Part shown: positions 37,003-47,607 of the stretch, piece after piece | Layout: the number at the start of each line of letters is the position of its first letter | Position numbering within the stretch: position 1 is the first letter of the stretch | Assembly: GCA_022736275.1 (NCBI GenBank) | Contig: DZBJ01000004.1 | Location: 73-64,072, forward strand | DNA: 64,000 nt | Source of the DNA: Rikenella microfusus | GTDB lineage: Bacteria; Bacteroidota; Bacteroidia; Bacteroidales; VadinHA17 | Direction of reading: 5' to 3' | Notes under the pieces: generated by a model | Told to the model about the DNA's origin: nothing | The model's input: only the letters and a program-made list of their open reading frames with translations | Database searches by the model: none | Translations under genes and position numbers: made by a program

Positions 37003-38160
37003 TCTTTCCCTCAGGGTGATCGCCAGTATCTCCGGCCTGGTGCCGATACGCATCCGGGGACCCCATATGCCGAAGCCGGATGATACAATTACGTGAGTAT
37101 TACCGAACTTCCTGTATCCGTGGCTCAGTTCAAACATCCTGTTTGTTATGGCTGTGAGAGGCCACATCTGCCCGTTGTGGGTATGTCCTGACAGTTGCAT
37201 ATCAACCGCTGTTCCGGCCAGTGCTGCCAGATCGTAAGGCTGATGGTCAAGCAGGATGACAGGGGCACTGGTATCAGTCATCGAAAGAAGGCTGTCAAGA
37301 GAGGCCCGCCCCGGACCACCTCCCTGCATCGCCGTCCTGTCGGTCCGCCCGATAATCTGCACACCGTTCCCCAGCCGGACAACCTCATCTGAAAGAACCC
37401 TGATGCCTTTGCTTTCGATATATGGAATTGACTTACGGAGGTCACTCATGAACTCATGGTTTCCGGTAATGGCATACCTGCCGTGGGGTAGCTCGGGGAG
37501 AGTTAGCCAGGAGAGGAGGTCGTCACGCAGAACCGGGCCTATGCTTCCGTCTATCAGGTCACCGAGAAAAAGTACAATGTCAGGCTTTTCCTCGCTGATC
37601 ATCTCTGAGAGATGCTTCATGCTCCTCTTACGGATGATGCTGCCGAGGTGTATATCTGAAACGGCCACAATAGACATGGTATCACTGCCGTCTCCAAACC
37701 TCTTGTCAACGGTGAGATCGTACCGTTTCGTCACGGGACTGATGGCATTGAAGAAGCCAACCATGATTAGCATGACCGTGGCCGTGGTGACGCCTGCAAA
37801 AAGCCATAACCGCATTTTCGGAATGGCAGTCGCGGGTATCAGGTTAAACGGTTTCTGTAGCAGCAACAGGATGTCGGCCGTCAGCCAGATGAGGAACCCG
37901 TACAGCATGAATGCCATCCAGAAGCCTCCAATGACGTTCAGGATATCCGAGAAGAGGTTCGTATAACTGTGTTCAAGGAATTTTCCTGCAATAAAGGTGG
38001 ATGCCAATACCAGAAAAACAACTGTATACCAGGTGGTTGAAAACCCTGCGCCGGACAGTGTCCGGCGGCCTTTCATCCATAGATAAAAATTGGTAAGGGA
38101 ATAGACTGTGAAGACTATTATAAAGAATATCGCCATCTGTTGTTTTCTGTTTAGTGCCAC
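36994..38160 (-). CDS. membrane-anchored metallophosphoesterase (YkuE-like)
   Basis: About 4 N-terminal TM segments, followed by VAVSDIHLG, LGDLIDG, GNHEF and SGHTHNGQ. Confidence 0.75.
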   Translation of the reverse strand: MALNRKQQMAIFFIIVFTVYSLTNFYLWMKGRRTLSGAGFSTTWYTVVFLVLASTFIAGKFLEHSYTNLFSDILNVIGGFWMAFMLYGFLIWLTADILLLLQKPFNLIPATAIPKMRLWLFAGVTTATVMLIMVGFFNAISPVTKRYDLTVDKRFGDGSDTMSIVAVSDIHLGSIIRKRSMKHLSEMISEEKPDIVLFLGDLIDGSIGPVLRDDLLSWLTLPELPHGRYAITGNHEFMSDLRKSIPYIESKGIRVLSDEVVRLGNGVQIIGRTDRTAMQGGGPGRASLDSLLSMTDTSAPVILLDHQPYDLAALAGTAVDMQLSGHTHNGQMWPLTAITNRMFELSHGYRKFGNTHVIVSSGFGIWGPRMRIGTRPEILAITLRERSE

Positions 38161-39176
38161 CTGAGTTGGGAGAATTTCTTTCTTCCGAGTATATAATACT
38201 CAAACAGGAGCGTTTTGTTCAACATGGTGTGCGGAGTATGGTACATGTCAGGGTACGGTGTCATTGCACGGAAGGTCTTTATTGCCGTACGCTGTTTGCG
38301 GTAGTGGAAGTGCGCCCTGACCACGGCAGCTGCTGCAGCACGGCCTTCCCGGAAGAAAAGCATAACCGCCGCCAGGCCGTCAAGCAGTTGCCTGGTTATA
38401 AGGGTTCTGTGCAGATGCCTGGAGGGGAGATTTTTCGCCAGCATTATCAGGTTGTTGCGGAAATTATAGTAGATCTTTGACGGCGATCCGTAACCCAGGG
38501 TCCCGCCACCCACGTGCCAGACGACGGCATGCGGCACATAACATATTATAAAGCCTGCATTTTGCATCCTCCAGCAGAGGTCGATCTCCTCCATATGAAC
38601 AAAGAATGAATCGTCAAATCCGTCACACTGGTCGAAGGCGGAGGCCCTGACAGCCATGCATGAACCTGAAGCCCAGAAGATCTCACGTGTGTCGTCATAC
38701 TGACCGAGGTCATCTTCAACGGTCTTAAAAATACGTCCTCTGCAGAAGGGATAACCGAACCTGTCAATATAGCCTCCCGCGGCACCGGCGTATTCAAATG
38801 CTGACTGATGCTCATATGACCGGATCTTCGGCTGACAGGCGCCGACATTTGGATGCATCTCCATAAAGGTGGTAAGCTTGTCTGCCCATCCCGGCTCCAC
38901 TTTCACGTCGGAATTAAGCAGGATAAAGTACTCTGCCTCAATCTGTCTAAGTGCCATGTTGTAGCCTCCTGCATATCCGTAGTTCTTATCCAGCCTGATG
39001 ATCCTTGTCTCAGGTTGGTTGGCCGAGACCCATTCAACGGAATCATCATCCGATCCGTTATCTGCAATAATAACTGCAGTATCACCGGAGACACTATTCC
39101 TGATTACCTCCGGCAGGAAACTGGCCAGGAAATCCCTGCCATTCCAGTTCAGGATGACAACAGCTGTCTTAATCAT
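38151..39176 (-). CDS. glycosyltransferase family 2
   Basis: AVVILNWNGRDFL, IADNGSDDDS, LLNSDVKV and EEIDLCWR. Confidence 0.75.
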   Translation of the reverse strand: MIKTAVVILNWNGRDFLASFLPEVIRNSVSGDTAVIIADNGSDDDSVEWVSANQPETRIIRLDKNYGYAGGYNMALRQIEAEYFILLNSDVKVEPGWADKLTTFMEMHPNVGACQPKIRSYEHQSAFEYAGAAGGYIDRFGYPFCRGRIFKTVEDDLGQYDDTREIFWASGSCMAVRASAFDQCDGFDDSFFVHMEEIDLCWRMQNAGFIICYVPHAVVWHVGGGTLGYGSPSKIYYNFRNNLIMLAKNLPSRHLHRTLITRQLLDGLAAVMLFFREGRAAAAAVVRAHFHYRKQRTAIKTFRAMTPYPDMYHTPHTMLNKTLLFEYYILGRKKFSQLRWH

Positions 39177-40056
39177 TTTTCAAGGGTCTTTTGTATTTCC
39201 AGCGGCGGTGAGACCATAGCCAGTACTCGGGCTTCGATCTTATAAGTTCTTCAAGTATTTCCGAATACCTGGAGGTTATATATTCAGGAGCCTCATCCTT
39301 CGGATGTTCAGCAATAACTTTGGTTTCCAATTTATAGTAACCCCTCCGGATCTTGACAGGGTACACGAAAATCACAGGCATATCATACTTCACCGCTATC
39401 TTCTCCGCACCCCGGAAGAATCCTGTCTCCTGGTTCAGGAAGGTTGTCCAGTATGCATTCTCATCCTGAGGAGGTGTCTGATCAGCCAGGAAACCTGAAA
39501 TCGTGCGTATATTTTCTTTCCGGTACCTGACAAGTTCTCTGAGGATGTTCTGCATTGGCGTCGCAGTGGTGCCGTACTTGGTCCTCAGGTTCAGTATATA
39601 CCGGTCGAAGTATTTGTTTTTTAGTGGTTTATATATAGTAATTATCTTAAAGGAGGTCGATATTTGTATTGCTGAAAACCATTCCCAGTTATTATAATGA
39701 CCGCAGAGAGCAACAATATCCTTCCCTTCACGGTAGAGGTAGTCATATTGAGCCAGGTCGCCTGTATCGAACCTTCGGGAAATATCTGCAGGGCTCATGT
39801 GCATGATCTTCAGAGTTTCAACGATGAGATCGCAGAGATGCCGGTAGAATCCTCTTCCGATCATATTAAGTTCTTCAGGACTTTTTTCAGGGAAGGTGTT
39901 TTTCAGGTTTTTCTCCACCACCTCACGCCTGTAGCCGATCAGGTGATATATCACTATAAAAATCAGGTCTGACAGAAGATAGAGCACCCTGAACGGGAGC
40001 AGGGTTATGATATAGGCAAACAGGAAGAAAATATAGAAACCTGCACGTTTCATCAC
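39169..40056 (-). CDS. lipid A biosynthesis (Kdo2-lipid IVA) acyltransferase family protein (LpxL/HtrB-like)
   Basis: N-terminal TM segment, the motif CGHYNNWEW (H..NWE), and the region DQTPPQDE. Confidence 0.65.
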   Translation of the reverse strand: MMKRAGFYIFFLFAYIITLLPFRVLYLLSDLIFIVIYHLIGYRREVVEKNLKNTFPEKSPEELNMIGRGFYRHLCDLIVETLKIMHMSPADISRRFDTGDLAQYDYLYREGKDIVALCGHYNNWEWFSAIQISTSFKIITIYKPLKNKYFDRYILNLRTKYGTTATPMQNILRELVRYRKENIRTISGFLADQTPPQDENAYWTTFLNQETGFFRGAEKIAVKYDMPVIFVYPVKIRRGYYKLETKVIAEHPKDEAPEYITSRYSEILEELIRSKPEYWLWSHRRWKYKRPLKND

Positions 40057-41357
40057 TTTCCCGGTTCTGTCATTACTCCGTTCATAGAGGCATCGTCGCG
40101 CACTGATGTCAGCCTGACTCTTCTTATTGTTCCCGGCAGATCCTTGCTATACGGTGTCATGACCCTGATATAGTTTCCTGTCAGGCCGGCCACCATACCT
40201 TCTGAGTCTCTTTTTTCAAATAGCACATCGAACTTCTTGCCTGAGGCATTTCTCATGAAGAGCATGCGGCGGTTCTCTGACAGTTTTATCAGCTGTCTGC
40301 TGCGCCTCTCCTTTTCTGCCTTACTTACCTCTCCGGGCATCTCTGCCGCCGGTGTGCCGGGCCGCGGTGAGAATGCAAACACATGGAGGTAGGAGAGCGG
40401 CATGTTCTCAAGGAAACGGTATGTCTCCTGAAAGTCATCCTCCGTCTCACCGGGGAAGCCCACGATAATATCGGCGCCAATGCCGGCGCCGGGCATCTTA
40501 TCCCTTATCCTCATGACCCTGTCACGGAACAGTTCCCTGCGGTATCGGCGGCGCATCAGGCCAAGTATCCTGTCGCTGCCGCTTTGCAATGGCATATGGA
40601 TGTGGGGCATCAGAATCTTTTCCGAGGCTATGAGGTCAATGATCTCATCGGTTACAAGATCAGGTTCAATAGATGATAACCTTAATCTTTCAAGTCCCTG
40701 CACACAGACCAGTGATTTCAGGAGTTGTTCAAGCGTTTCACCGGTACTCTTCCCGAAATCGCCCACATTGACACCTGTGAGGACTATCTCCCTCACACCG
40801 GAGACGATAATTGTCTTTGCCTCCTCAACTATTTCGCTGATGAAAGGATTACGGCTCTTTCCCCTTGCCAGCGGCACGGTGCAGTATGAGCAGCGGTAGT
40901 CGCAGCCGTCCTGAACCTTAAGGAAAGAACGGGTCCGGTCACCTGCAGACCATGAGGCCATAAAGTCCTCCGTGTCTATATTTTCGCATGAGTGTATCTC
41001 AGGTGCCCTCAGCTTTTCAAAGTTATCTATATAGGATACCAGGTCAAATTTCTCATAGGTGCCAAGCACCAGGTCGACACCCTCGATGGCAGCAGCCTCT
41101 TTTTGTCTCAGCTGAGCGTAACAACCTACCACAGCAACAAAAGCGTCAGGATTGCGGTGAATGAATTTTCTGACTGCCTGCCGGCATTTGCGGTCAGCAG
41201 CATCGGTGACCGTGCATGTGTTGATCACATATATGTCTGCTTCACTGTCCGGAGACACCCTCTCATACCTCTCCTCCGGGAAGCTTCTGGCAATGGTGGA
41301 GGATTCGGCAAAATTAAGCTTGCATCCCAGTGTGTGAAACGCTACTTTCCTCTTCAA
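40053..41357 (-). CDS. mtaB: tRNA t6A37 methylthiotransferase MtaB (radical SAM MiaB-like)
   Basis: N-terminal KVAFHTLGCKLNFAES, the radical SAM motif CDYRCSYCTVP, and a C-terminal TRAM-like part. Confidence 0.8.
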   Translation of the reverse strand: MKRKVAFHTLGCKLNFAESSTIARSFPEERYERVSPDSEADIYVINTCTVTDAADRKCRQAVRKFIHRNPDAFVAVVGCYAQLRQKEAAAIEGVDLVLGTYEKFDLVSYIDNFEKLRAPEIHSCENIDTEDFMASWSAGDRTRSFLKVQDGCDYRCSYCTVPLARGKSRNPFISEIVEEAKTIIVSGVREIVLTGVNVGDFGKSTGETLEQLLKSLVCVQGLERLRLSSIEPDLVTDEIIDLIASEKILMPHIHMPLQSGSDRILGLMRRRYRRELFRDRVMRIRDKMPGAGIGADIIVGFPGETEDDFQETYRFLENMPLSYLHVFAFSPRPGTPAAEMPGEVSKAEKERRSRQLIKLSENRRMLFMRNASGKKFDVLFEKRDSEGMVAGLTGNYIRVMTPYSKDLPGTIRRVRLTSVRDDASMNGVMTEPGK

Positions 41358-41407
41358 TACTAAAAATGGTTACTGTTCCGGCCGTAAAAATAGTCAAAAA
41401 AGCCGGT

Positions 41408-42745
41408 CTAAAGAAGTCTGCTCGCCAGTTCAGCCAGGAAGCTCCTCTCTCCCTTAACCAGGTGGACGTGTGCAAAGAGATCGAGGCCCTTCATCTTGTC
41501 AGAGAGATAGCTCAGGCCGTTGGAGCCGGAGTCGAGATAAGGTGAATCAATCTGCTCGATGTCACCGGTAAAGATCATCTTCGTCCCCTCTCCGGCCCTT
41601 GTGATAATTGTCTTTACCTCATGCGGCGTCAGGTTCTGCGCCTCGTCGACGATGAAGAAGATGTTTGACAGGCTCCGGCCCCTGATGTAGGCAAGCGGAG
41701 TGATGACCAGCTTCTCGTCCTTCATCATGTCATTGATACGGATGAATTCGGGGCTCTGGGCGCTGAAGCGGTGCTTGATGACCGTCAGGTTGTCAAAGAG
41801 AGGCTGCATGTAGGGATCCATCTTCTCCTTGACATCTCCCGGGAGGTACCCCATGTCGCGGTTTGCCAGCGGCACTATCGGGCGTGCAAGAAATATCTGC
41901 TTGTATCGTTTGTGCTGATGCAATGCTGCCGCCAGCGCCAGCAGGGTCTTGCCTGTGCCGGCCTTGCCTGTAAGAGACACAAGTTGAATTTCAGGATTGC
42001 ACAGTGCGTCAAGAGCAAAGGTCTGTTCCGCATTGCGGGGGTCAATGCCGTAGGTAGACTGCTTGAGAACCCTGACGAGCATCTTTGTGGCAGGGTTATA
42101 GTGTGCCAGTGCGCTGGAATTGCTGTTGCGCAGAATGAAAAAATGATGCCCCGGTTCCTGGTCCTTCACTTTCAGCTCTGAAGCCGGAACACCCTCCGGC
42201 TGCTCATAGAGCTTGTTGATGAGGGCATGATCAATATTCTCAATGATCTTGATCCCCTTGTAAAGATCATCCAGGTTGGCCACCTTGTCATTCTGGTAGT
42301 CCTCTGACCTCACACCGATCGATTTGGCTTTCATCCTCAGGTTGATGTCCTTGGTGATAAGCACTACCGCCTTCTCCTTATTAACATTGGTGATGTGGTC
42401 AGCAATTGCCAGTATCCGGTGGTCGGGGGTCTTTTCGGGAAATGATTCGGAGACACGTTCCGAGAACTGTTTCCCGGTCTCGATGTGAAGTGTGCCCAGT
42501 TTTTCACCCAGCGGGATAGCTCCGGTGAGAAGCATGTCTCCGGCTATTTTGTCCAGCTCGCGAACAAACTCACGGGCGTGAAAGTTGATCATGTCATTGC
42601 CGCGCTTGAACTTGTCAAGCTCCTCAAGCACAACGATGGGAATGACCACATCGTTTTCCTCAAAGTTGTAAATGCATTTATAATCATGCAGTAAGACATT
42701 CGTGTCAAGAATGAAAATCTTTTTTTCTTTTTTCTTTTTCGCCAT
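41408..42745 (-). CDS. PhoH-like ATPase with an N-terminal PIN domain (YlaK type)
   Basis: PIN motif FILDTNVLLHD, Walker A GKAGTGKT, and VDEAQNLTPHE. Confidence 0.8.
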   Translation of the reverse strand: MAKKKKEKKIFILDTNVLLHDYKCIYNFEENDVVIPIVVLEELDKFKRGNDMINFHAREFVRELDKIAGDMLLTGAIPLGEKLGTLHIETGKQFSERVSESFPEKTPDHRILAIADHITNVNKEKAVVLITKDINLRMKAKSIGVRSEDYQNDKVANLDDLYKGIKIIENIDHALINKLYEQPEGVPASELKVKDQEPGHHFFILRNSNSSALAHYNPATKMLVRVLKQSTYGIDPRNAEQTFALDALCNPEIQLVSLTGKAGTGKTLLALAAALHQHKRYKQIFLARPIVPLANRDMGYLPGDVKEKMDPYMQPLFDNLTVIKHRFSAQSPEFIRINDMMKDEKLVITPLAYIRGRSLSNIFFIVDEAQNLTPHEVKTIITRAGEGTKMIFTGDIEQIDSPYLDSGSNGLSYLSDKMKGLDLFAHVHLVKGERSFLAELASRLL

Positions 42746-42873
42746 AACAGGATAGGTTTAAAGTGGCTTCAGCTCCGGCGCAGATGATGCCACGGCGACA
42801 AAGATAGCCTCTCCGGAACCGGTCAACGGGTGGTTTTTGTAAATTTGCAAACAACCGGACAAAGGTTATTAAC

Positions 42874-44163
42874 ATGACGTACAACGAAACCCTCGACTTT
42901 CTTTACCGCCTCCTGCCTGCATACCATCGAATCGGCAAGCCGGCCTACAAGGGGAATCTTGATAACACTCTTGAGCTTGACAGCTATTTTAATCACCCTC
43001 ACCGGAGGTTCCGGACAGTGCATGTGGCAGGGTCCAACGGCAAGGGGTCTGTGTCACACATGTTAGCCTCGGTGTTGCAGGAGGCAGGAGTCCGCACCGG
43101 CCTCTACACCTCTCCGCACCTGAAGGATTTCCGTGAGAGGATAAGGATCGACGGTCAGATGATGGGGGAGGAGGATGTGATTGCTTTTGTCCGCGAACAT
43201 GATGAGCTGATCAGGAGGGTACGCCCCTCTTTTTTCGAGCTGACGGTGGCGATGGCTTTTGACTGGTTTGCGAGGAAGAAGGCGGATGTGGCAGTTATAG
43301 AGGTCGGTATGGGTGGCAGGCTTGACTCAACCAATATTATAACTCCGGAGCTTTCGGTGATCACCAATATCGGGCATGACCACATGGAGTTCCTCGGCGA
43401 TACCCTGGCGGCTGTTGCGGGTGAGAAAGCCGGTATCATCAAGGAGGGAGTACCTGCAGTGATTGGGGAGACGCAGCCTGAGACCATGGAGGTATTCAGC
43501 GCCAGGGCCCGGCTGATGAATGCACCTCTCACATTTGCCGACCGGCTCTTCAGATGCAGGCTGGGGCGATTCAATGCCAGCACTGCAATGCGGATATTCA
43601 CGCTCACGGATCTCCGCGACGGGAAAACCATTAGGGGCACCACCCCGCTGGGTGGTCTGGCGCAGCAGAAGAACCTGCAGACTGTAGCTGCCGCCGTCGA
43701 TCTCCTCTCAGTACCGTTCGGTCTCAACAGGGATCATTTTGTGATGGGGGTGGCCGGGGTCACGGCCAGCACTGGACTGATGGGCCGTTGGCAGGTACTG
43801 TCGCGGTCGCCACTCACCGTATGCGATACGGGGCATAACCGCGAGGGACTGGAATATGTGATAAGGCAGATCAGGGCCTTAAAGAAGCGGGGGCTGCACA
43901 TGGTCATTGGCTTTGTTAATGACAAGGATCTTTCATCTGTGCTGCCTCTCTTCCCGCGTGACGCAAGGTACTATTTCACCAGGGCCTCGGTGCCGCGCGC
44001 ACTTGATGAGAGGATTCTGATGGCTGAGGCTGAGAAGTACGGGCTGCACGGGTCATGTCATCCGTCGGTGGCTGATGCCCTTGCGACGGCACGCCTGGCG
44101 GCCGGACCAAAGGACATGATTTTTATCGGCGGGTCAACCTTCGTTGTGGCTGACGCGCTTTAG
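42874..44163 (+). CDS. folC: bifunctional folylpolyglutamate synthase/dihydrofolate synthase
   Basis: VAGSNGKGSV, YTSPHL, EVGMGGRLDSTN and GHDHMEFLG. Confidence 0.9.
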   Translation: MTYNETLDFLYRLLPAYHRIGKPAYKGNLDNTLELDSYFNHPHRRFRTVHVAGSNGKGSVSHMLASVLQEAGVRTGLYTSPHLKDFRERIRIDGQMMGEEDVIAFVREHDELIRRVRPSFFELTVAMAFDWFARKKADVAVIEVGMGGRLDSTNIITPELSVITNIGHDHMEFLGDTLAAVAGEKAGIIKEGVPAVIGETQPETMEVFSARARLMNAPLTFADRLFRCRLGRFNASTAMRIFTLTDLRDGKTIRGTTPLGGLAQQKNLQTVAAAVDLLSVPFGLNRDHFVMGVAGVTASTGLMGRWQVLSRSPLTVCDTGHNREGLEYVIRQIRALKKRGLHMVIGFVNDKDLSSVLPLFPRDARYYFTRASVPRALDERILMAEAEKYGLHGSCHPSVADALATARLAAGPKDMIFIGGSTFVVADAL

Positions 44164-44188
44164 CAGGCAGCAGGCAGCAGGTAGTAGT
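44163..44188. repeat. heptamer repeat (GCAGGCA) x~3.5, starting at the folC stop codon
   Basis: taGCAGGCAGCAGGCAGCAGGTAGTAG. Confidence 0.85.
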
Positions 44189-44253
44189 GAAATATTGCTC
44201 GTAGCGCATCAAGTCTTGTAGATTAGCGTACAATACATTAATCTAATTCCTCA

Positions 44254-44275
44254 CAGGCAGTAGGCAGCAGGCAGT
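44254..44275. repeat. second heptamer block (CAGGCAG/TAGGCAG), direct orientation
   Basis: CAGGCAGTAGGCAGCAGGCAGT. It lies ~65 bp downstream of the first block. Confidence 0.8.
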
Positions 44276-44468
44276 GTTGAATTTTAGCTGCCGGCCATGA
44301 CAGGTGAAAATAAATTTGACTTGTTTGCAGCCGGGATGTAACTTTGATATTCTTCATTGGAGATGCTCTAATTAATTATTATTAATAAGGAGTAGCCTGA
44401 AAATCCTAAAAAGAGTAAGGAGTGTACGCCGAAAAACTTAAGAGTAGGCACCCTAAAAATCCCTGATT

Positions 44469-45116
44469 ATGAAAAAAATGTTACTTTTATGTGCAGGACT
44501 TTGCCTTGTTGCTTCTGCTGCAACTGCTCAGGCACCACAACTGAGCAAAGGCAACATTATGGCAGGCGTCACATCGACTTTATCCGTGGGAGGCTCACAG
44601 GATTCCCAGGTATTTGGACTGGCTTTCGGGACGGAAAAATGGGAGTACGGTTCAGATTATCCTGCTACTGAGTACAAATTTACGGCCTACAATTTCCTTC
44701 CTAAAGCCGGGTATTTTATTATTGACAATCTTGTTGCAGGCCTAGAGATTGTTCTGACCGGTTATTCGAATGAGGAGGTTGATGGCGATGACACATATAA
44801 GGAATCAACTTTGGGTATCGGACCGTTTGTCAGATATTATTACCCTCTTGAAAAAGTCTATCCGTTTGCAGAGGTGGAAGCTATGTTTGGCACATGCAAG
44901 GAAATATATGATGAAGATGATGAATATAAAGACGCTCTGACCATGTTTGGTATTCATCTGGGCGCTGCTCTGCCGCTGGGTGACAAGATAACAATTGATG
45001 CCTCCGCCGGTTACATGCGTGCCTCATATAAATGGGATTACGAAATAGAGGGGATGAGCGGAACCGATGTAATAGCCGGATTTGGGTTGAAGATAGGATT
45101 CTCAATCTACCTTTAG
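44469..45116 (+). CDS. small outer-membrane beta-barrel protein (OmpW/porin-like)
   Basis: Signal peptide MKKMLLLCAGLCLVASAATAQA, alternating strands, and the C-terminal GLKIGFSIYL. Confidence 0.55.
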   Translation: MKKMLLLCAGLCLVASAATAQAPQLSKGNIMAGVTSTLSVGGSQDSQVFGLAFGTEKWEYGSDYPATEYKFTAYNFLPKAGYFIIDNLVAGLEIVLTGYSNEEVDGDDTYKESTLGIGPFVRYYYPLEKVYPFAEVEAMFGTCKEIYDEDDEYKDALTMFGIHLGAALPLGDKITIDASAGYMRASYKWDYEIEGMSGTDVIAGFGLKIGFSIYL

Positions 45117-45187
45117 ACTTATTGGTATTTTTCCAACCCGCCAGCTTCAGACTTTTTTTCCTAACTTAATCCCCAAATTCAGCTAAT

Positions 45188-46993
45188 ATGAAATTAAGGA
45201 TTCTGTTTGCAATATGTCTCACTGCCGCGTTGGTGACAGTTAATGCCCAGGAGAGCAGGAGACTGACAATACTCCATACAAACGACTTCCACTCCCATCT
45301 CCAGGGCTATGCTCCGGAGTCTGCATATACGCCGGGCGTGGCAGACAATGATCCGACCGTGGGAGGATTCTCACGAATTGCGGCCATCATCTCCGATGCA
45401 AAGGCTGAAAACCCGGGGTCGACACTTGTGGTCGACGCCGGCGACTGTCTCATTGGTACACTGTTCCATGCCCTTGAGACTGAAACAGGATTCCAGCTCC
45501 CGCTGATGAAAAAGGCTGGTTATGATGTGGTAGCCGTAGGCAACCACGATTTCGACTTCGGTCCCGGTGCCTATGCAGAGATAGTAAATAAATCAAAACA
45601 GAGGGGTGAGATACCCGTGATGCTCCTGGGGAATGCCGTAACAGACCCGGATGATCCGGCTGATGATTCCTTTGAAGCACTGCGGAGTGAAGGAGTTATC
45701 AGACCTTATATTATTAAGGAGATGGCGGGAGTAAAAATAGGATTCTTCTCACTTCTTGGAAAAGATGCCGACGAATCTGCCCCCTATGCGCCGCCTGTGA
45801 CCTTTGGCAAGATAATTCCGGCAGCAAAAAAACTGGTTAAGGAACTGAAGAAGGAGGGCTGCGATGTTATTATATGCTTGTCGCACAGCGGCATAAGCAA
45901 GGATAAAAAAGGAGCATGGTCCGGAGAGGATGTAAAGCTTGCACAGAAAGTAAAAGGCATTGACCTTATCATCACAGGGCATACCCATGTCCTGCTTAAG
46001 GAGCCCCTCTTCGTAAAGGGTATACCTATTGTGGGAGCAGGTGATAACGGTCGATTTGTCGGGAGAATTGAGTTCCTTGCAGAAAACGACGGAGTGAAAC
46101 TTGAGAAATATGAATCCATTCCCGTTGACGACAGAATCAATTCTCACAGTGAGATACAGGCGGAAATCGTTTTGCAGCAGTCGAGAATTGACGTGGCAAT
46201 ATTAAATAACATCGGAATGACCTATACCATGCCCGTTGCCATTGCCCCCTACAAAATAAGTTATGAAGAATACGGAGATGCGAAAGGGAGCAACCTGGGA
46301 GCCATGGTGGCTGATGCCATCTACCGATATGTCAACAGTGAGGGCCCCGGAACTGACATAGCAATTGTGGCAGCAGGTGTCCTCCGCGATCCGATCCTGC
46401 CCGGAGCGCAGAGTGTGGCTGATATCTTCAGGGTAATGTCACTGGGCTCAGGTGAAGACAATGTGCCGGGATACGCTCTTTCAAAAATGTGGGTGACAGG
46501 AAAGGAAATCAAAAACATTACGGAGATACTTCTCTTTACATCGGCATCAGCCCCGTCAAATTACCCCTTTTATTCTCATCTGCGGGTTGAATACGACCCT
46601 GAAGGAAGGCTTTTCAGCAAGGTCCGTAAGATTGAACTGACAGATAACGAAGGAAATGTGACGGAGGTAAACACTTCAAAAGATGATGCGAAGCTTTATT
46701 CAATTGTTGCTAACTCATATATGGCTGATAACCTTGGCCTGGTAAAAAAGAAAACATTTGGACTGATAAAGGTTGAACCAAAGGACAAGGACGGTAACAT
46801 CGTTACCGAAATGGATAGCTTCATGATGGACTTCAACGCATCTCAGGCCGGAATACAGGAAGGGAAGGAATGGCTGGCACTGGTGAAGTATCTTCAGCAG
46901 TTCAGTCCGGCTGAAGAGGGAGGCTTGCCCGTAATACCGGACTTTTACCTTAATCCCCCGGAATCTCTTGTTCCTGTAAGCATCCCCAGGTGA
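45188..46993 (+). CDS. bifunctional metallophosphatase/5'-nucleotidase (UshA-like)
   Basis: ILHTNDFHSHL, DAGDCLIG, GNHDFDFG and TGHTHV, plus a C-terminal nucleotidase domain. Confidence 0.8.
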   Translation: MKLRILFAICLTAALVTVNAQESRRLTILHTNDFHSHLQGYAPESAYTPGVADNDPTVGGFSRIAAIISDAKAENPGSTLVVDAGDCLIGTLFHALETETGFQLPLMKKAGYDVVAVGNHDFDFGPGAYAEIVNKSKQRGEIPVMLLGNAVTDPDDPADDSFEALRSEGVIRPYIIKEMAGVKIGFFSLLGKDADESAPYAPPVTFGKIIPAAKKLVKELKKEGCDVIICLSHSGISKDKKGAWSGEDVKLAQKVKGIDLIITGHTHVLLKEPLFVKGIPIVGAGDNGRFVGRIEFLAENDGVKLEKYESIPVDDRINSHSEIQAEIVLQQSRIDVAILNNIGMTYTMPVAIAPYKISYEEYGDAKGSNLGAMVADAIYRYVNSEGPGTDIAIVAAGVLRDPILPGAQSVADIFRVMSLGSGEDNVPGYALSKMWVTGKEIKNITEILLFTSASAPSNYPFYSHLRVEYDPEGRLFSKVRKIELTDNEGNVTEVNTSKDDAKLYSIVANSYMADNLGLVKKKTFGLIKVEPKDKDGNIVTEMDSFMMDFNASQAGIQEGKEWLALVKYLQQFSPAEEGGLPVIPDFYLNPPESLVPVSIPR

Positions 46994-47607
46994 TAATCAA
47001 GTCAAAACATATTCCCTTATTTGTCCGCTTTATGAGTTTCTATTCACGGAATGGCCTGAAGCGGAGTTTTCACAAGGTTGAGTTTGACTGCAGCGTTGAT
47101 ACGGCAAACAGACCGGTGCTCATGATCGGAAACCACTTCAGCTGGTGGGACGGTTTCATAGCTTACCGGTTAAATGATCTTTGCCTTCGGAAAAAGTTTC
47201 ACATAATGATGCTCGAGGAGCAGCTTGAAACCAGGATGTTTCTTAATAAGGCCGGGGCCTTCTCGATAAAGAGAGGATCACGTTCCGTGGTTGAATCACT
47301 TCAATATGCTTCAGCCCTGCTTCATGATGGTGAAAACCTGGTCGTTGTATATCCCCGGGGGGCAATATCCTCGATCCACCGCAGGCCGGTGAGGTTTGAA
47401 AAAGGTGTTGAACGTATCATCGCCGGGGCGTCAGACAGGCTTATGATTCTCTTTTATGTGGCACTGCCCGACTGGTATTCCGAAAAGAAACCGCGACTGA
47501 CGGTCAGGGTCATTGAGTATGGGGTCAGAGAGAGGTCTGCAACTGACCTTGAGGAGACATATAACATGTTTCTCGACGAGTGCATTACCAGGCAGATACC
47601 TTTATGA
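46990..47607 (+). CDS. lysophospholipid (PlsC-type) acyltransferase
   Basis: GTG start in a GTGA overlap with the upstream stop (the alternative start is the ATG at 47032). H-X4-D motif NHFSWWDG, together with GAFSIKRG and VYPRG. Confidence 0.65.
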   Translation: MIIKSKHIPLFVRFMSFYSRNGLKRSFHKVEFDCSVDTANRPVLMIGNHFSWWDGFIAYRLNDLCLRKKFHIMMLEEQLETRMFLNKAGAFSIKRGSRSVVESLQYASALLHDGENLVVVYPRGAISSIHRRPVRFEKGVERIIAGASDRLMILFYVALPDWYSEKKPRLTVRVIEYGVRERSATDLEETYNMFLDECITRQIPL

